DNA of 64,000 nt from an uncultured Eggerthellaceae bacterium (lineage in GTDB: Bacteria; Actinomycetota; Coriobacteriia; Coriobacteriales; Eggerthellaceae), in NCBI GenBank assembly GCA_947632575.1, contig CANRPV010000001.1:102-64101 (forward strand), written 5' to 3'. How positions within the stretch are numbered: the first letter of the stretch is position 1; each line of letters begins with the position of its first letter. Positions 38,375 to 46,665 of the stretch are shown here, in pieces. The notes below the pieces were generated by a model. It worked only from the letters and a program-made list of their open reading frames with translations. It was not told the origin of the DNA and made no database searches. The translations under genes and the position numbers were made by a program.

Positions 38375-39217
38375 TCAGGAAACCAGACCAAGACGTTCGA
38401 GCTGGCGCGCATGTTCGTTACCAGGAGAAACTAAATAAAGACGAGTGGTTTCGATGGAGCTATGCCCTAAGACATCCGCCAGTTTGGCGATGTCATGGCA
38501 CTCGCCGTAGAAGGCCGTTGCGAAGAGGTGTCTGAGGTTATGGGGAAAGACTTTGGTGGATCTGACTTCCGCTCGGTCGCAAACCGCTTTCATCTCAGCC
38601 CAGATTTGATGCCTCGAGAGGCTTTTCCCATGTTTGGTGATGAAAATCTCTCCGACGGTGATGGCTTGACTGCTCGCATAATTGAGCAGCTTCTCTTGGA
38701 GCCGCGTGGGAAGCAGTATCACGCGGATCTTTCCCTTGAGAGCCACTTCTGCACGTCCCTTTCGGGCGGCGTCGACGGTGATGTATTTCAACTCGGACAC
38801 ACGAATTCCGGTGCTGCAAATGGTTTCCATGAGGAGCGCCAATCGTTCTCGCCCTTGAGAGCGAGCCACAGAAAGGAGCCGGGCATATTCACCTTTCTGC
38901 AAGTCTCGTGATTGGTCACGAAAGACCACTCGTTGAATCCGGAGAAAGCGCACGCGACATTCATCCCACTTCTTGTAACGGAAATAACCGTTCAAGGAGG
39001 AGATCATCGAATTGATTGTCGTCGGTGCGTAGTGCTGTTCTACAAGGTGTTTCTTCCATAGCAAGGCGATTTCCTTACTGATGGCGCGATGCCCAAGCCA
39101 GCGGGAAAAGGCTTGTAGATCCCGTCGGTACTTTTTCAGGGTCGCTTCGGTACGTTCTGCTTCAGCAAGGTAATCAAGGTAGAGCTCAATATCATTCGCG
39201 GTTATTGAACGCTTCAT
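38375..39217 (-). CDS. Tyrosine-type site-specific recombinase (phage-integrase family, Xer-like size)
   Basis: 280 aa. N-terminal SAM-like core-binding domain, catalytic region with GIRVSEL (Arg), HNLRHLFAT (His-x-x-Arg) and LGHSSIETTRLYL (His...Tyr). Confidence 0.9.
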   Translation of the reverse strand: MKRSITANDIELYLDYLAEAERTEATLKKYRRDLQAFSRWLGHRAISKEIALLWKKHLVEQHYAPTTINSMISSLNGYFRYKKWDECRVRFLRIQRVVFRDQSRDLQKGEYARLLSVARSQGRERLALLMETICSTGIRVSELKYITVDAARKGRAEVALKGKIRVILLPTRLQEKLLNYASSQAITVGEIFITKHGKSLSRHQIWAEMKAVCDRAEVRSTKVFPHNLRHLFATAFYGECHDIAKLADVLGHSSIETTRLYLVSPGNEHARQLERLGLVS

Positions 39218-39299
39218 GAAAGTCCTCCTCTACTCCTGTGAAAGCGTTAGGCCATTGTGCGGGAAAACCATGGCCAGCTCAGGAGAATAGCTACATCTA

Positions 39300-39338
39300 T
39301 AAACAAAACAGGATTACGAGCGAGTCGTAATCCTGTTT
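39300..39338 (-). terminator. Strong rho-independent terminator downstream of the adhesin gene
   Basis: AAACAGGATTACGA-loop-TCGTAATCCTGTTT, a 14-bp stem. On the minus strand it is followed by TTTTGTTTAT. Confidence 0.75.
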
Positions 39339-39366
39339 CCCGTTGATCTTGCTATGCAGGGTCGAG

Positions 39367-42300
39367 CTAGGGGCTATGGGGTCTTAGGCGAATGAACGAA
39401 ATGAGAAGTGCGAGGGTAGAAGCCCCGGCAAGGCCTATAAGCAACATCACTCTTACAGGATCACCGGTCTGGGGGTTCGAAGGCGGCAGCTGTGGCTTCG
39501 CCATCTCTTCTTGAGAAGAAAGAGAAGGCACAAGCTGCTCTGGTTGAATGCTCTCACCACCAAGGGGAGGAGGAAGGTCTTCTGATTGGCCGGGCTGAGG
39601 CCCTGGATCGGGTCTGAAATCTGGTTTATGAGGAAGGGCGGGTGATTCTTTGAAAAGCACTCCATTGTTGCCCAACCATGACTCGATAGTGAAACTCTTC
39701 GTGAGTGGCGCAACTGAGAGAAAGGCATTCGTGGTAGAGAGACTCACGGTCTCAGCGGCCTGTTCAATCAGGTTTTCTTGATCTTTGGGGATAGCGTATT
39801 TGAACAGATCACCCGTTCTCAATCCAAGAGGGCGAACGGCGATGACGTAGTCTGAAGAAGCTTGCGACTGCGAATCAAGATCGAGCGTTTTTCCTTGAGA
39901 AGCTTGGTAGTAACAAAGACTGGCGTTCCAGTTGATCTCTCCGTTCGCGTTTTGGCTCAATGCGGGAGCCAACTCTCGTCCAAGTCGAGGGATCACCCGC
40001 TGAACCGCATACTCTTCATGCGGCGAATAGTAAGCCACCGCGAGGTAATAGGTCTTATCGGGATCGAGCTCTTCAATTCGTTGAACCGGACGGGCTATTT
40101 CGACTTCTTTACCAAGAAGGCCTTCGGCATCATTAAGGGGGTCATGGCTTTCGCGGAAAGAGGCTTCCTGGTAGAGAGGAAGATAGTGTTGGAACCGATA
40201 GAAGCGATTGGTGGGGGAGGGGCAAAAGCTCAGTGAGGCGTCACCAAATGACCAAGAGCCTCCGCGCATCCCCGTGGCTCTTCTGCCACTGTATTGAATG
40301 AGATTGATCGACTCCGCTTCATCCGATGGATAAAGCTCTTCCTCGCGGGAGGGCGTCTCCGGAGAGGTGGAGTAGTTCTCTTCAAGACCCATCGTGAAAG
40401 CCACTTGGAGAGGTTGAGAGTAGTCTTCTCTCACCGATGTCTTATAGCTGATAACCTTCTGCAGCCCGGTGTCATCAGGTGCGGAAAGATCGATAGAGGC
40501 GATCTGTAAAGGAAGCGCAGCGGCTGGGATGTTAAAGCAGAGCGTTTGATGGTTGAACCCGTCGCTTCCTCGCGTTGTTTCCGTATAGATTTCGATGCCT
40601 TCTAAAGGACGTGCAGGATCCTTTGCGTCCGACAGTTCTTCCTGTTGCTCTTGTGGTGATTGGACTTGATGTGATTCGTCTGAGTTAGTGACAGGTTGGT
40701 TCAGATAGAACCTATGCGTTTCAGCGTTGTCGAAGTAAGCAGGGTTGTGTAAGGAGTACGGTTTGGCCATTGGCGAGGGTGGTTCCAGCAGGTAATAGGA
40801 GCGAGTGCAATTGTCGCCAGCTGAAAGGTTTATTCGGGTTTCGTCCGGCTCTATCGTGTACGTGGTCCCGAAAAGGCGCAGCCCTTTGAAAGACTTGATC
40901 TCCATGTGATTTCCGAGAGGACAGCGAAAGGAAAGTGCATCATCGATATTGGAACCATTAGGTCCTTGTACGGGGCAAAACACCTCACTTGAGATCTGCG
41001 TGAGGATCGACTTAAGAATCGCATCGAAGTTTTCTGTCGTCGATTCGAAGAAATAATCCGCATAGCAGATGTTTTCTCTGACATCAGCCTTTGTTATCCC
41101 ATATGGATCCGAAGGAAGAAGTTGATTGAGCGTGCGGTTATAGGGTGATGGCTGGGATGCGACGGCGGCGCTTTCCCAGGGGTGATAACGTTTGAAATCC
41201 GGATTGTTGAAGTTAAAGCCTTCGCTATAGTGGACGGCTCCATCACTTTCGGACCAGCGCTGCCAAAGTTGGTAAGCCCGTTGGATGAAGTTGACCTGAT
41301 CCGTGTCGATCATGCAGCCGTCGGTGGTTTGGAATCCCGGAGTTATGAACACGGAGCCCGACCGTTTGTCTCTATCGGGATATTCGTAGAAGTAGGCTTT
41401 CTCTCCCTTGCCCTCATTTGCCAAGCTATCGACAAGGCCGATCGCTTTGCCACCAATCTGGAGTTTTGAGCTCTGGTCAGTGAAAAAGTGTTTAGGATCG
41501 AGCATGGGATACAAACGGCCAGCATAGGCAAACCGTGCCCAGTCATGATCATCTTGCTGGAAGAGGTCGAGACCGATCGTGAAAACTCGAGGCTTAACTT
41601 TTTTCGTAAAGCTTGGATCGATTTCGGCGGAATTGTAATTCTTTTCGATCGCCGCTTTCAGGTATGAGGCCGTCATCAGGGTTTCACTGATAATCGCGGG
41701 AGAGTCTTGGCCTTCACGAGAAAGCGGGGTGGTGAAATGTTGGGAATCGAGATCGTACCAACTTCCGTTGTCGAGCTGCTGTAAGAGTCGATTGCTCCCG
41801 CCGTCTGTCATGGCGAGAACCACAGGCTGTCTGGCGGTCAGAACTCCTTCAGTTAAACAAGTAACCTCAGTTTCGTCTGCAAGCAGCTTCATGCCTTGAT
41901 AAAGGCCAGATTGGAGGTTGGTGCTCGCTCCTGTGCAGAGGGCTTGATTCGTGTAGGGATAATTCGGAGGCCGATACTTAGCGGTGCTGTCGTTATAAAA
42001 ATGAACAGCTTTTGGCCGGTGAGTTTCATCTTGGTAGTCGATATCGAGAGTAAATTGGCCGGTCTCCTCATTTGGGTCGTAACGATAGGTATGTACCTTG
42101 AATGAGACCTGATCGTAGTGGTCGAGAGGAAGTAAGGTCTCAGCTTTCGATCCATACATGACCAGCGCGATTCGATTTTGAGGGTTAAGCGCCATGAGCG
42201 TCTTTATGGTGGTCTCAATGGTTTTAACCGCTACATCTATGCGACGCTCTACGTTTTGATCAGGGTTCCAAAGCTGATCTTCCGTATAAGTTCCAAAGTC

Positions 42301-42807
42301 ACCCTGGGCAGGTGGTGCAAGCCATTGGGGGTCAGTGACTTTTGCCATGGATACCGATGCATCCATGACGAGCACCAGATCTATAGGGTTGAAGCTGTAC
42401 CCGTTGACCTTTTGCGAAGCACCGAGTAAGGAGAACACCCCTAAAAATTCCTCGTCATAGGAGATATCCCACTGCTTCGTGGTCGTGGGTAGGCCCAGGG
42501 TGACTTTGGTTGAACTTGGTGGATTGGGATTAGCGAATAGGGAAAGATCTGACCAGACACGGCCCGCATAACGGCTTCCGTTTTCGTCGTTGAGGAGAGC
42601 TTCGGTATAGGATGTGTAGCTAGGCTCATCTGCGGTGCACTGGGATTTGAGGCCGACCGCCGTGGCGGCCATTGGGTGAGGAACGAGGAGGAATGCACCC
42701 AAGGCCGCCATCAGCAGTTTCTGCGCTATATTTTGCGACCGAGCGCTGAAACCCAAGTGCCTCTTCTTTTTTGAAGAGGCTTGTTGTTTGGCCTGAATAA
42801 GCGCCAT
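39367..42807 (-). CDS. Large cell-surface protein: signal peptide, VWA domain with MIDAS motif, C-terminal sortase-type sorting signal (NPQTG + TM + basic tail)
   Basis: Best start is ATG 42807, preceded by GGGAG. Signal peptide KLLMAALGAFLLVPHPMAATA. DLVLVMDASVSM contains the DxSxS MIDAS motif. The C-terminus is NPQTGDPVRVMLLIGLAGASTLALLISFIRLRPHSP. Sampled lines of this gene look lower in GC than neighbouring genes. Confidence 0.85.
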   Translation of the reverse strand: MALIQAKQQASSKKKRHLGFSARSQNIAQKLLMAALGAFLLVPHPMAATAVGLKSQCTADEPSYTSYTEALLNDENGSRYAGRVWSDLSLFANPNPPSSTKVTLGLPTTTKQWDISYDEEFLGVFSLLGASQKVNGYSFNPIDLVLVMDASVSMAKVTDPQWLAPPAQGDFGTYTEDQLWNPDQNVERRIDVAVKTIETTIKTLMALNPQNRIALVMYGSKAETLLPLDHYDQVSFKVHTYRYDPNEETGQFTLDIDYQDETHRPKAVHFYNDSTAKYRPPNYPYTNQALCTGASTNLQSGLYQGMKLLADETEVTCLTEGVLTARQPVVLAMTDGGSNRLLQQLDNGSWYDLDSQHFTTPLSREGQDSPAIISETLMTASYLKAAIEKNYNSAEIDPSFTKKVKPRVFTIGLDLFQQDDHDWARFAYAGRLYPMLDPKHFFTDQSSKLQIGGKAIGLVDSLANEGKGEKAYFYEYPDRDKRSGSVFITPGFQTTDGCMIDTDQVNFIQRAYQLWQRWSESDGAVHYSEGFNFNNPDFKRYHPWESAAVASQPSPYNRTLNQLLPSDPYGITKADVRENICYADYFFESTTENFDAILKSILTQISSEVFCPVQGPNGSNIDDALSFRCPLGNHMEIKSFKGLRLFGTTYTIEPDETRINLSAGDNCTRSYYLLEPPSPMAKPYSLHNPAYFDNAETHRFYLNQPVTNSDESHQVQSPQEQQEELSDAKDPARPLEGIEIYTETTRGSDGFNHQTLCFNIPAAALPLQIASIDLSAPDDTGLQKVISYKTSVREDYSQPLQVAFTMGLEENYSTSPETPSREEELYPSDEAESINLIQYSGRRATGMRGGSWSFGDASLSFCPSPTNRFYRFQHYLPLYQEASFRESHDPLNDAEGLLGKEVEIARPVQRIEELDPDKTYYLAVAYYSPHEEYAVQRVIPRLGRELAPALSQNANGEINWNASLCYYQASQGKTLDLDSQSQASSDYVIAVRPLGLRTGDLFKYAIPKDQENLIEQAAETVSLSTTNAFLSVAPLTKSFTIESWLGNNGVLFKESPALPHKPDFRPDPGPQPGQSEDLPPPLGGESIQPEQLVPSLSSQEEMAKPQLPPSNPQTGDPVRVMLLIGLAGASTLALLISFIRLRPHSP

Positions 42808-42850
42808 TTGTAACTCCCTAGTGCTTAAAAACCTTAGACCATCGAGACAG

Positions 42851-42870
42851 AATATTGATTTTGTTATGAG
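42851..42870. repeat. Left 20-bp inverted repeat (IR-L) of the putative invertible switch
   Basis: AATATTGATTTTGTTATGAG is the exact reverse complement of 43208-43227. Confidence 0.95.
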
Positions 42871-43207
42871 GGGCGGCCCATTTGATTTGAGTCTTTGAGA
42901 GGCGATCGCAAAAGCGAAATGAGCGTCCTTAAAGTACAAAAGCCTCCTTAAGGCCTGATAAAAATGTACTTAGAGGGCAAAATTTTGTACTTTAAGGGCA
43001 ATAAAAGCCCTTTTTGAGATCGATGTTTAAGAGTTGTGCTCAAATAGGGCGAGCAAAAACGTGCTTCACCTTCACAAGTGGTGGAGGGATAAAAACTCTT
43101 ACGGGTATTTTGTGAGATACGTTTACGAGTTTAATATATGAGTTAAACTCTCATTATTCATAGTAAGAGGAGTACGGGCTTCTGAAGTTGACGAATAAAG
43201 ATTTTGT

Positions 43208-43227
43208 CTCATAACAAAATCAATATT
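43208..43227. repeat. Right 20-bp inverted repeat (IR-R) of the putative invertible switch
   Basis: CTCATAACAAAATCAATATT. Confidence 0.95.
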
Positions 43228-43545
43228 TCGCGTAGAGCAAAAGCGCAATATCGCGTAGAGCAATAGCAAAATCCTCTTCTTTCCTCACCAAGCGACCCAT
43301 GTTTCAAGCCTTATAGATTCCTCGTTGAATGTCTCTAGACGTTCGCTTACGGAAGTCAAGTAACAATTCCCAAAAGATACGTAGTTCACTGAGCAATTAT
43401 TAACCAAATAGTACTAAGCTCAAAAAGCTAAGTAGTTTAGTCAGAGGACGGGGGACATCTCAGCCTGATTTGGACGGATTGGGGAATCCGGGTGATCGAG
43501 GTCGTCTTCTGATAAGGGTCAAAACGTTCCTAAGGAGGTGGGGGA

Positions 43546-44949
43546 ATGGATCTTTTTAGTGATGTCGTCTTTTTGTCGAGGGTCCAGTTTGCGGCAACCA
43601 TTGCGTATCATTTCATCTTTGTGCCGCTTTCCATTGGCCTTGGACTAATCCTCGCCATCAATGAGACGCGCTATTACCGTTCCCGAGATCCGCGCGATGC
43701 GGCTGCAACGAAACTGTGGGTAAAAATCTTTACGGCAACCTTCGCCATTGGTGTGGCTACCGGTATCACCATGGAGTTTGCTTTTGGAACGGCTTGGGCC
43801 AACTACTCTCGTTTTGTGGGCGATATCTTTGGTGCGCCGCTTGCCGCCGAGGCTCTTTTCGCTTTCTTCCTCGAGTCCGTGTTCCTGGGCGTGTTGCTTT
43901 TTGGCCGCAATAAGGTTTCTCCCAAGTTCTATCTGGTATCAGCGTGGCTCGTTTGGGTTGGCTCATGCCTGTCCGCCCTTTGGATTTTGATCGCTAACGC
44001 GTGGATGCAAGATCCTACCGGTGCGGTGTTGAGCTCTGATGGTACGCGTGCAGTCATCACTGACTTTTTCGCCGCCGCCTTCAACCCGATGACTCTGGCC
44101 CACTATGGCCATACGGTATTTGCGCTGCTCGTTATGGGTTCCTTTGTGGCGATGGCCGTGTCAGCCTGGTACATGATCAAAGGCAAGAACACCTATTTTG
44201 CCGCAAAAACCATGCGCATCGGTGCCATATGTGGCATCGTCACTTGCTCCATCTTGCTACTGTTTGCCCATATGGCGGCAGTCGATGTCTCAGTGGAGCA
44301 ACCAACCAAGTTTGCGATGATGGAGGGTCAATACGACACCGAAGTTCCTGGATTTGCGCCTTTCGGGTGGGTCGATGAGGAAAACGGCGATCTTTATGCT
44401 CCCATCAACATCCCTGGTGTGACTTCATTTCTAGCCACGGGCACTTTTGATACCGAATTCAAGGGTCTCGATGCGCTTTCCAAAGAGGCGCCTTACGATG
44501 AGATGAATGTGAGCGAACTTCCCGTCAACTTCATCTTCCAGACCTATCACATCATGGTCATCATGTACGGCGCAATCATGTTGGTGTCGATTTTGGCCAT
44601 CATCTTCTCATTCCGTAAAGGCGGGGAGATTCAACACATGAAGTGGCTGCAGAGAATCTGCCTGATCAGCCCCATCTTCCCGTTTATTGCCATTCAGGTG
44701 GGCTGGATTACCGCTGAGGTAGGTCGCCAGCCTTGGGTAGTGTATCCGGCAACATCTGCCGAGGAAGGCGTTCATCTCTTAACGGCCGACGCGATATCTC
44801 CGTCCGTCTCTTCCACCGAATTGCTCATCACCCTCGCCATTTTCTTTGTGGTCTATATGGTGCTCCTTATCGGTTGGGCTCGAGTCATAGGGCGATTCAT
44901 CAGTGAGGGTCCCGTTGAGGAAGGGGGTAAGGAAAATGTCCCCGCTTGA
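43546..44949 (+). CDS. cydA: Cytochrome bd ubiquinol/menaquinol oxidase subunit I
   Basis: SRVQFAATIAYHFIFVPLSIGL N-terminus, Q-loop, GWITAEVGRQPW motif. SD AAGGAGGTGGGG upstream. Confidence 0.93.
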   Translation: MDLFSDVVFLSRVQFAATIAYHFIFVPLSIGLGLILAINETRYYRSRDPRDAAATKLWVKIFTATFAIGVATGITMEFAFGTAWANYSRFVGDIFGAPLAAEALFAFFLESVFLGVLLFGRNKVSPKFYLVSAWLVWVGSCLSALWILIANAWMQDPTGAVLSSDGTRAVITDFFAAAFNPMTLAHYGHTVFALLVMGSFVAMAVSAWYMIKGKNTYFAAKTMRIGAICGIVTCSILLLFAHMAAVDVSVEQPTKFAMMEGQYDTEVPGFAPFGWVDEENGDLYAPINIPGVTSFLATGTFDTEFKGLDALSKEAPYDEMNVSELPVNFIFQTYHIMVIMYGAIMLVSILAIIFSFRKGGEIQHMKWLQRICLISPIFPFIAIQVGWITAEVGRQPWVVYPATSAEEGVHLLTADAISPSVSSTELLITLAIFFVVYMVLLIGWARVIGRFISEGPVEEGGKENVPA

Positions 44950-45973
44950 GGTACTCTGGTTCTTTCTCGTTTTTGTCCTGATAGGCGGCTACTTCGTCCT
45001 TGACGGATTTGATCTTGGTATCGGCGTGCTCTTCCCCTTTATCGCGAAAAGCGAGGAAGATCAAGCGGTTCTGCGTCGCGCCATTGGCCCTATTTGGGAT
45101 GGCAATGAGGTTTGGTTGATCACCGCCGGAGGTGCTTTGTTCGCGGCATTTCCTGATGCGTATGCTACGACGTTTTCCGGCTACTATCTGCCGATCATGC
45201 TCGTGCTTTTCGGCTTGATCGTACGTGCGGTGTCCTTTGAATTTCACGCGGGCGATCCTGCTTGGCGCAAAGTTTGGGATGTCTGCTTCTTCGTGGGTTC
45301 CTTGCTACCCGCGCTGCTTCTGGGCGTAGCCGCGGGCATCACCTTTGAGGGAATCCCGATGGATGCTCATGGTAACTATATCGGCGTTCCGCTCTTTGGT
45401 CTCATCACGCCATTCTCGCTGCTTTGTGGTCTTACCGGCTTGTCCATGATGATGGCAGCTGGCGCTAACTGGATAGCGCTCAAGGCTCCGAAGCCCTCCG
45501 CTCTTCAGGCTCGTTGTGCGAAGTTGGGAATGCCTCTGCAGATCGTTGCGCTCGTGCTGTTTGTCGCCGCCACTGCTTGTGTTTTCCTGTACATCCATCC
45601 GACTATGGATCCTGCTCTGAATGCCCTTCGTTGGATTTTCGCGGCATTGGTAGTGGGCGGTCTTGTGGTCTCCATGTTCTTCTCCAAGGTCAACGACAAT
45701 GATCTGTTCGCGTTTGTCAGCCATTCGGTGGCCAGTTTCTCCATGGTGGCATTGGGTGCTTGCTCGATGTTTCCGAATCTGGTGGTCGCCTCCTCCGATA
45801 GCGTCGGTCCCAACATCACCCTTATGTCGGCGGGAGCATCGGATTTGACCTTGTTCTGCATGACCGTCATCCTCTGCATCGGTCTGCCGTTGGTACTGGT
45901 CTACCACGTGATCATTTATCGCACGTTTCGAGGGAGGCTTACTCAGGAGGATCTTACGGAAGGCGCTTACTAA
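44936..45973 (+). CDS. cydB: Cytochrome bd oxidase subunit II
   Basis: ATG 44936 after AAGGGGGTAAGGAAA, overlapping the cydA end. LDGFDLGIGVL and WDGNEVWLI motifs. Confidence 0.9.
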   Translation: MSPLEVLWFFLVFVLIGGYFVLDGFDLGIGVLFPFIAKSEEDQAVLRRAIGPIWDGNEVWLITAGGALFAAFPDAYATTFSGYYLPIMLVLFGLIVRAVSFEFHAGDPAWRKVWDVCFFVGSLLPALLLGVAAGITFEGIPMDAHGNYIGVPLFGLITPFSLLCGLTGLSMMMAAGANWIALKAPKPSALQARCAKLGMPLQIVALVLFVAATACVFLYIHPTMDPALNALRWIFAALVVGGLVVSMFFSKVNDNDLFAFVSHSVASFSMVALGACSMFPNLVVASSDSVGPNITLMSAGASDLTLFCMTVILCIGLPLVLVYHVIIYRTFRGRLTQEDLTEGAY

Positions 45974-46021
45974 GCTTCATCAAGCTGCTACACTGTGGTG
46001 TAAGCAGATTTCCTGAAGCAA

Positions 46022-46573
46022 GTGAGGGTTTTAGTGGACGAAGAGAAAGACAGCATCAAAGTAAGTTCTTCTGAAAACGTCGAGGAGCATACGCAAACTG
46101 AGCAGCCGGCTGCATCGCCTGAGCAGCCGGCTGCGCTTTCAACCTATGAGAAGTTCGCCAAAGAGCAACTCGACCAAAGCACGATAGACAAGGATCGCGT
46201 CTATCCGGGAATCCGCGAGCCTCATTATCCCTATGGCGTGGACATGACGAAGCCCGCCAAGGCACCGCATGGAAGCTGGAAGGCTACCTTTGCCCTGTTC
46301 GCTGGGTTTATGGCGATCGTCTTTGGCGTCTTGGTGTCCTTGCTCGGTTTTCTTTTCGGCATCATCGCGTTGATTCTGAGTTTTTGGTATCTCAAGACGG
46401 AGGATGATCCTCACTACAGCGGCATCGCGCGTGTGGGTCGGATCACCGCTGTGATCGGCATGATATTTGCCGTGCTCATTACCGCCTACTCGATCTTCTA
46501 TCACGTTGTGGTGCTGGATGTGTTTAACTCGCCAGGGGATGCGGTGGTAATCGAGGAGACGGTAGAGTCCTGA
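46022..46573 (+). CDS. Hypothetical membrane protein (DUF4190-like, hydrophilic N-terminus plus 3 TM)
   Basis: GTG start (46022 or 46034). TM segments FALFAGFMAIVFGVLVSLLGFLFGIIALILSFWYL. No enzymatic motif. Confidence 0.55.
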   Translation: MRVLVDEEKDSIKVSSSENVEEHTQTEQPAASPEQPAALSTYEKFAKEQLDQSTIDKDRVYPGIREPHYPYGVDMTKPAKAPHGSWKATFALFAGFMAIVFGVLVSLLGFLFGIIALILSFWYLKTEDDPHYSGIARVGRITAVIGMIFAVLITAYSIFYHVVVLDVFNSPGDAVVIEETVES

Positions 46574-46665
46574 CGATACGGCGTAAAAATACTCGATCGC
46601 TCCAGATAATAATAACAATAGGCTACAATCCTCTTAGCTATTCCTAGAACTACGACGGGGGAAAG

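Larger units (their letters stand above)
42851..43227. mobile_element. Putative invertible DNA segment (inverton): 337 bp of AT-rich non-coding DNA bracketed by perfect 20-bp IRs, upstream of the adhesin gene
   Basis: 20/20 inverted repeats, located 44 bp upstream of the adhesin ATG, with a tyrosine recombinase two genes away. No convincing ORF inside. Nested repeats are present. Confidence 0.55.

Noticed and set aside
42808-42939. N-terminal 44-aa extension of the adhesin ORF from a TTG at 42939
   Set aside because: The extension runs through IR-L and into the nested repeat and has no SD. It precedes a much better ATG (42807) with GGGAG and a canonical signal peptide.
37002-43545. Prophage, ICE or genomic island delimited by att sites around the recombinase
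   Set aside because: There are no phage, conjugation or replication genes and no flanking direct repeats that I could find. No tRNA lies at the border. The recombinase is better explained as a dedicated invertase or Xer-like enzyme.
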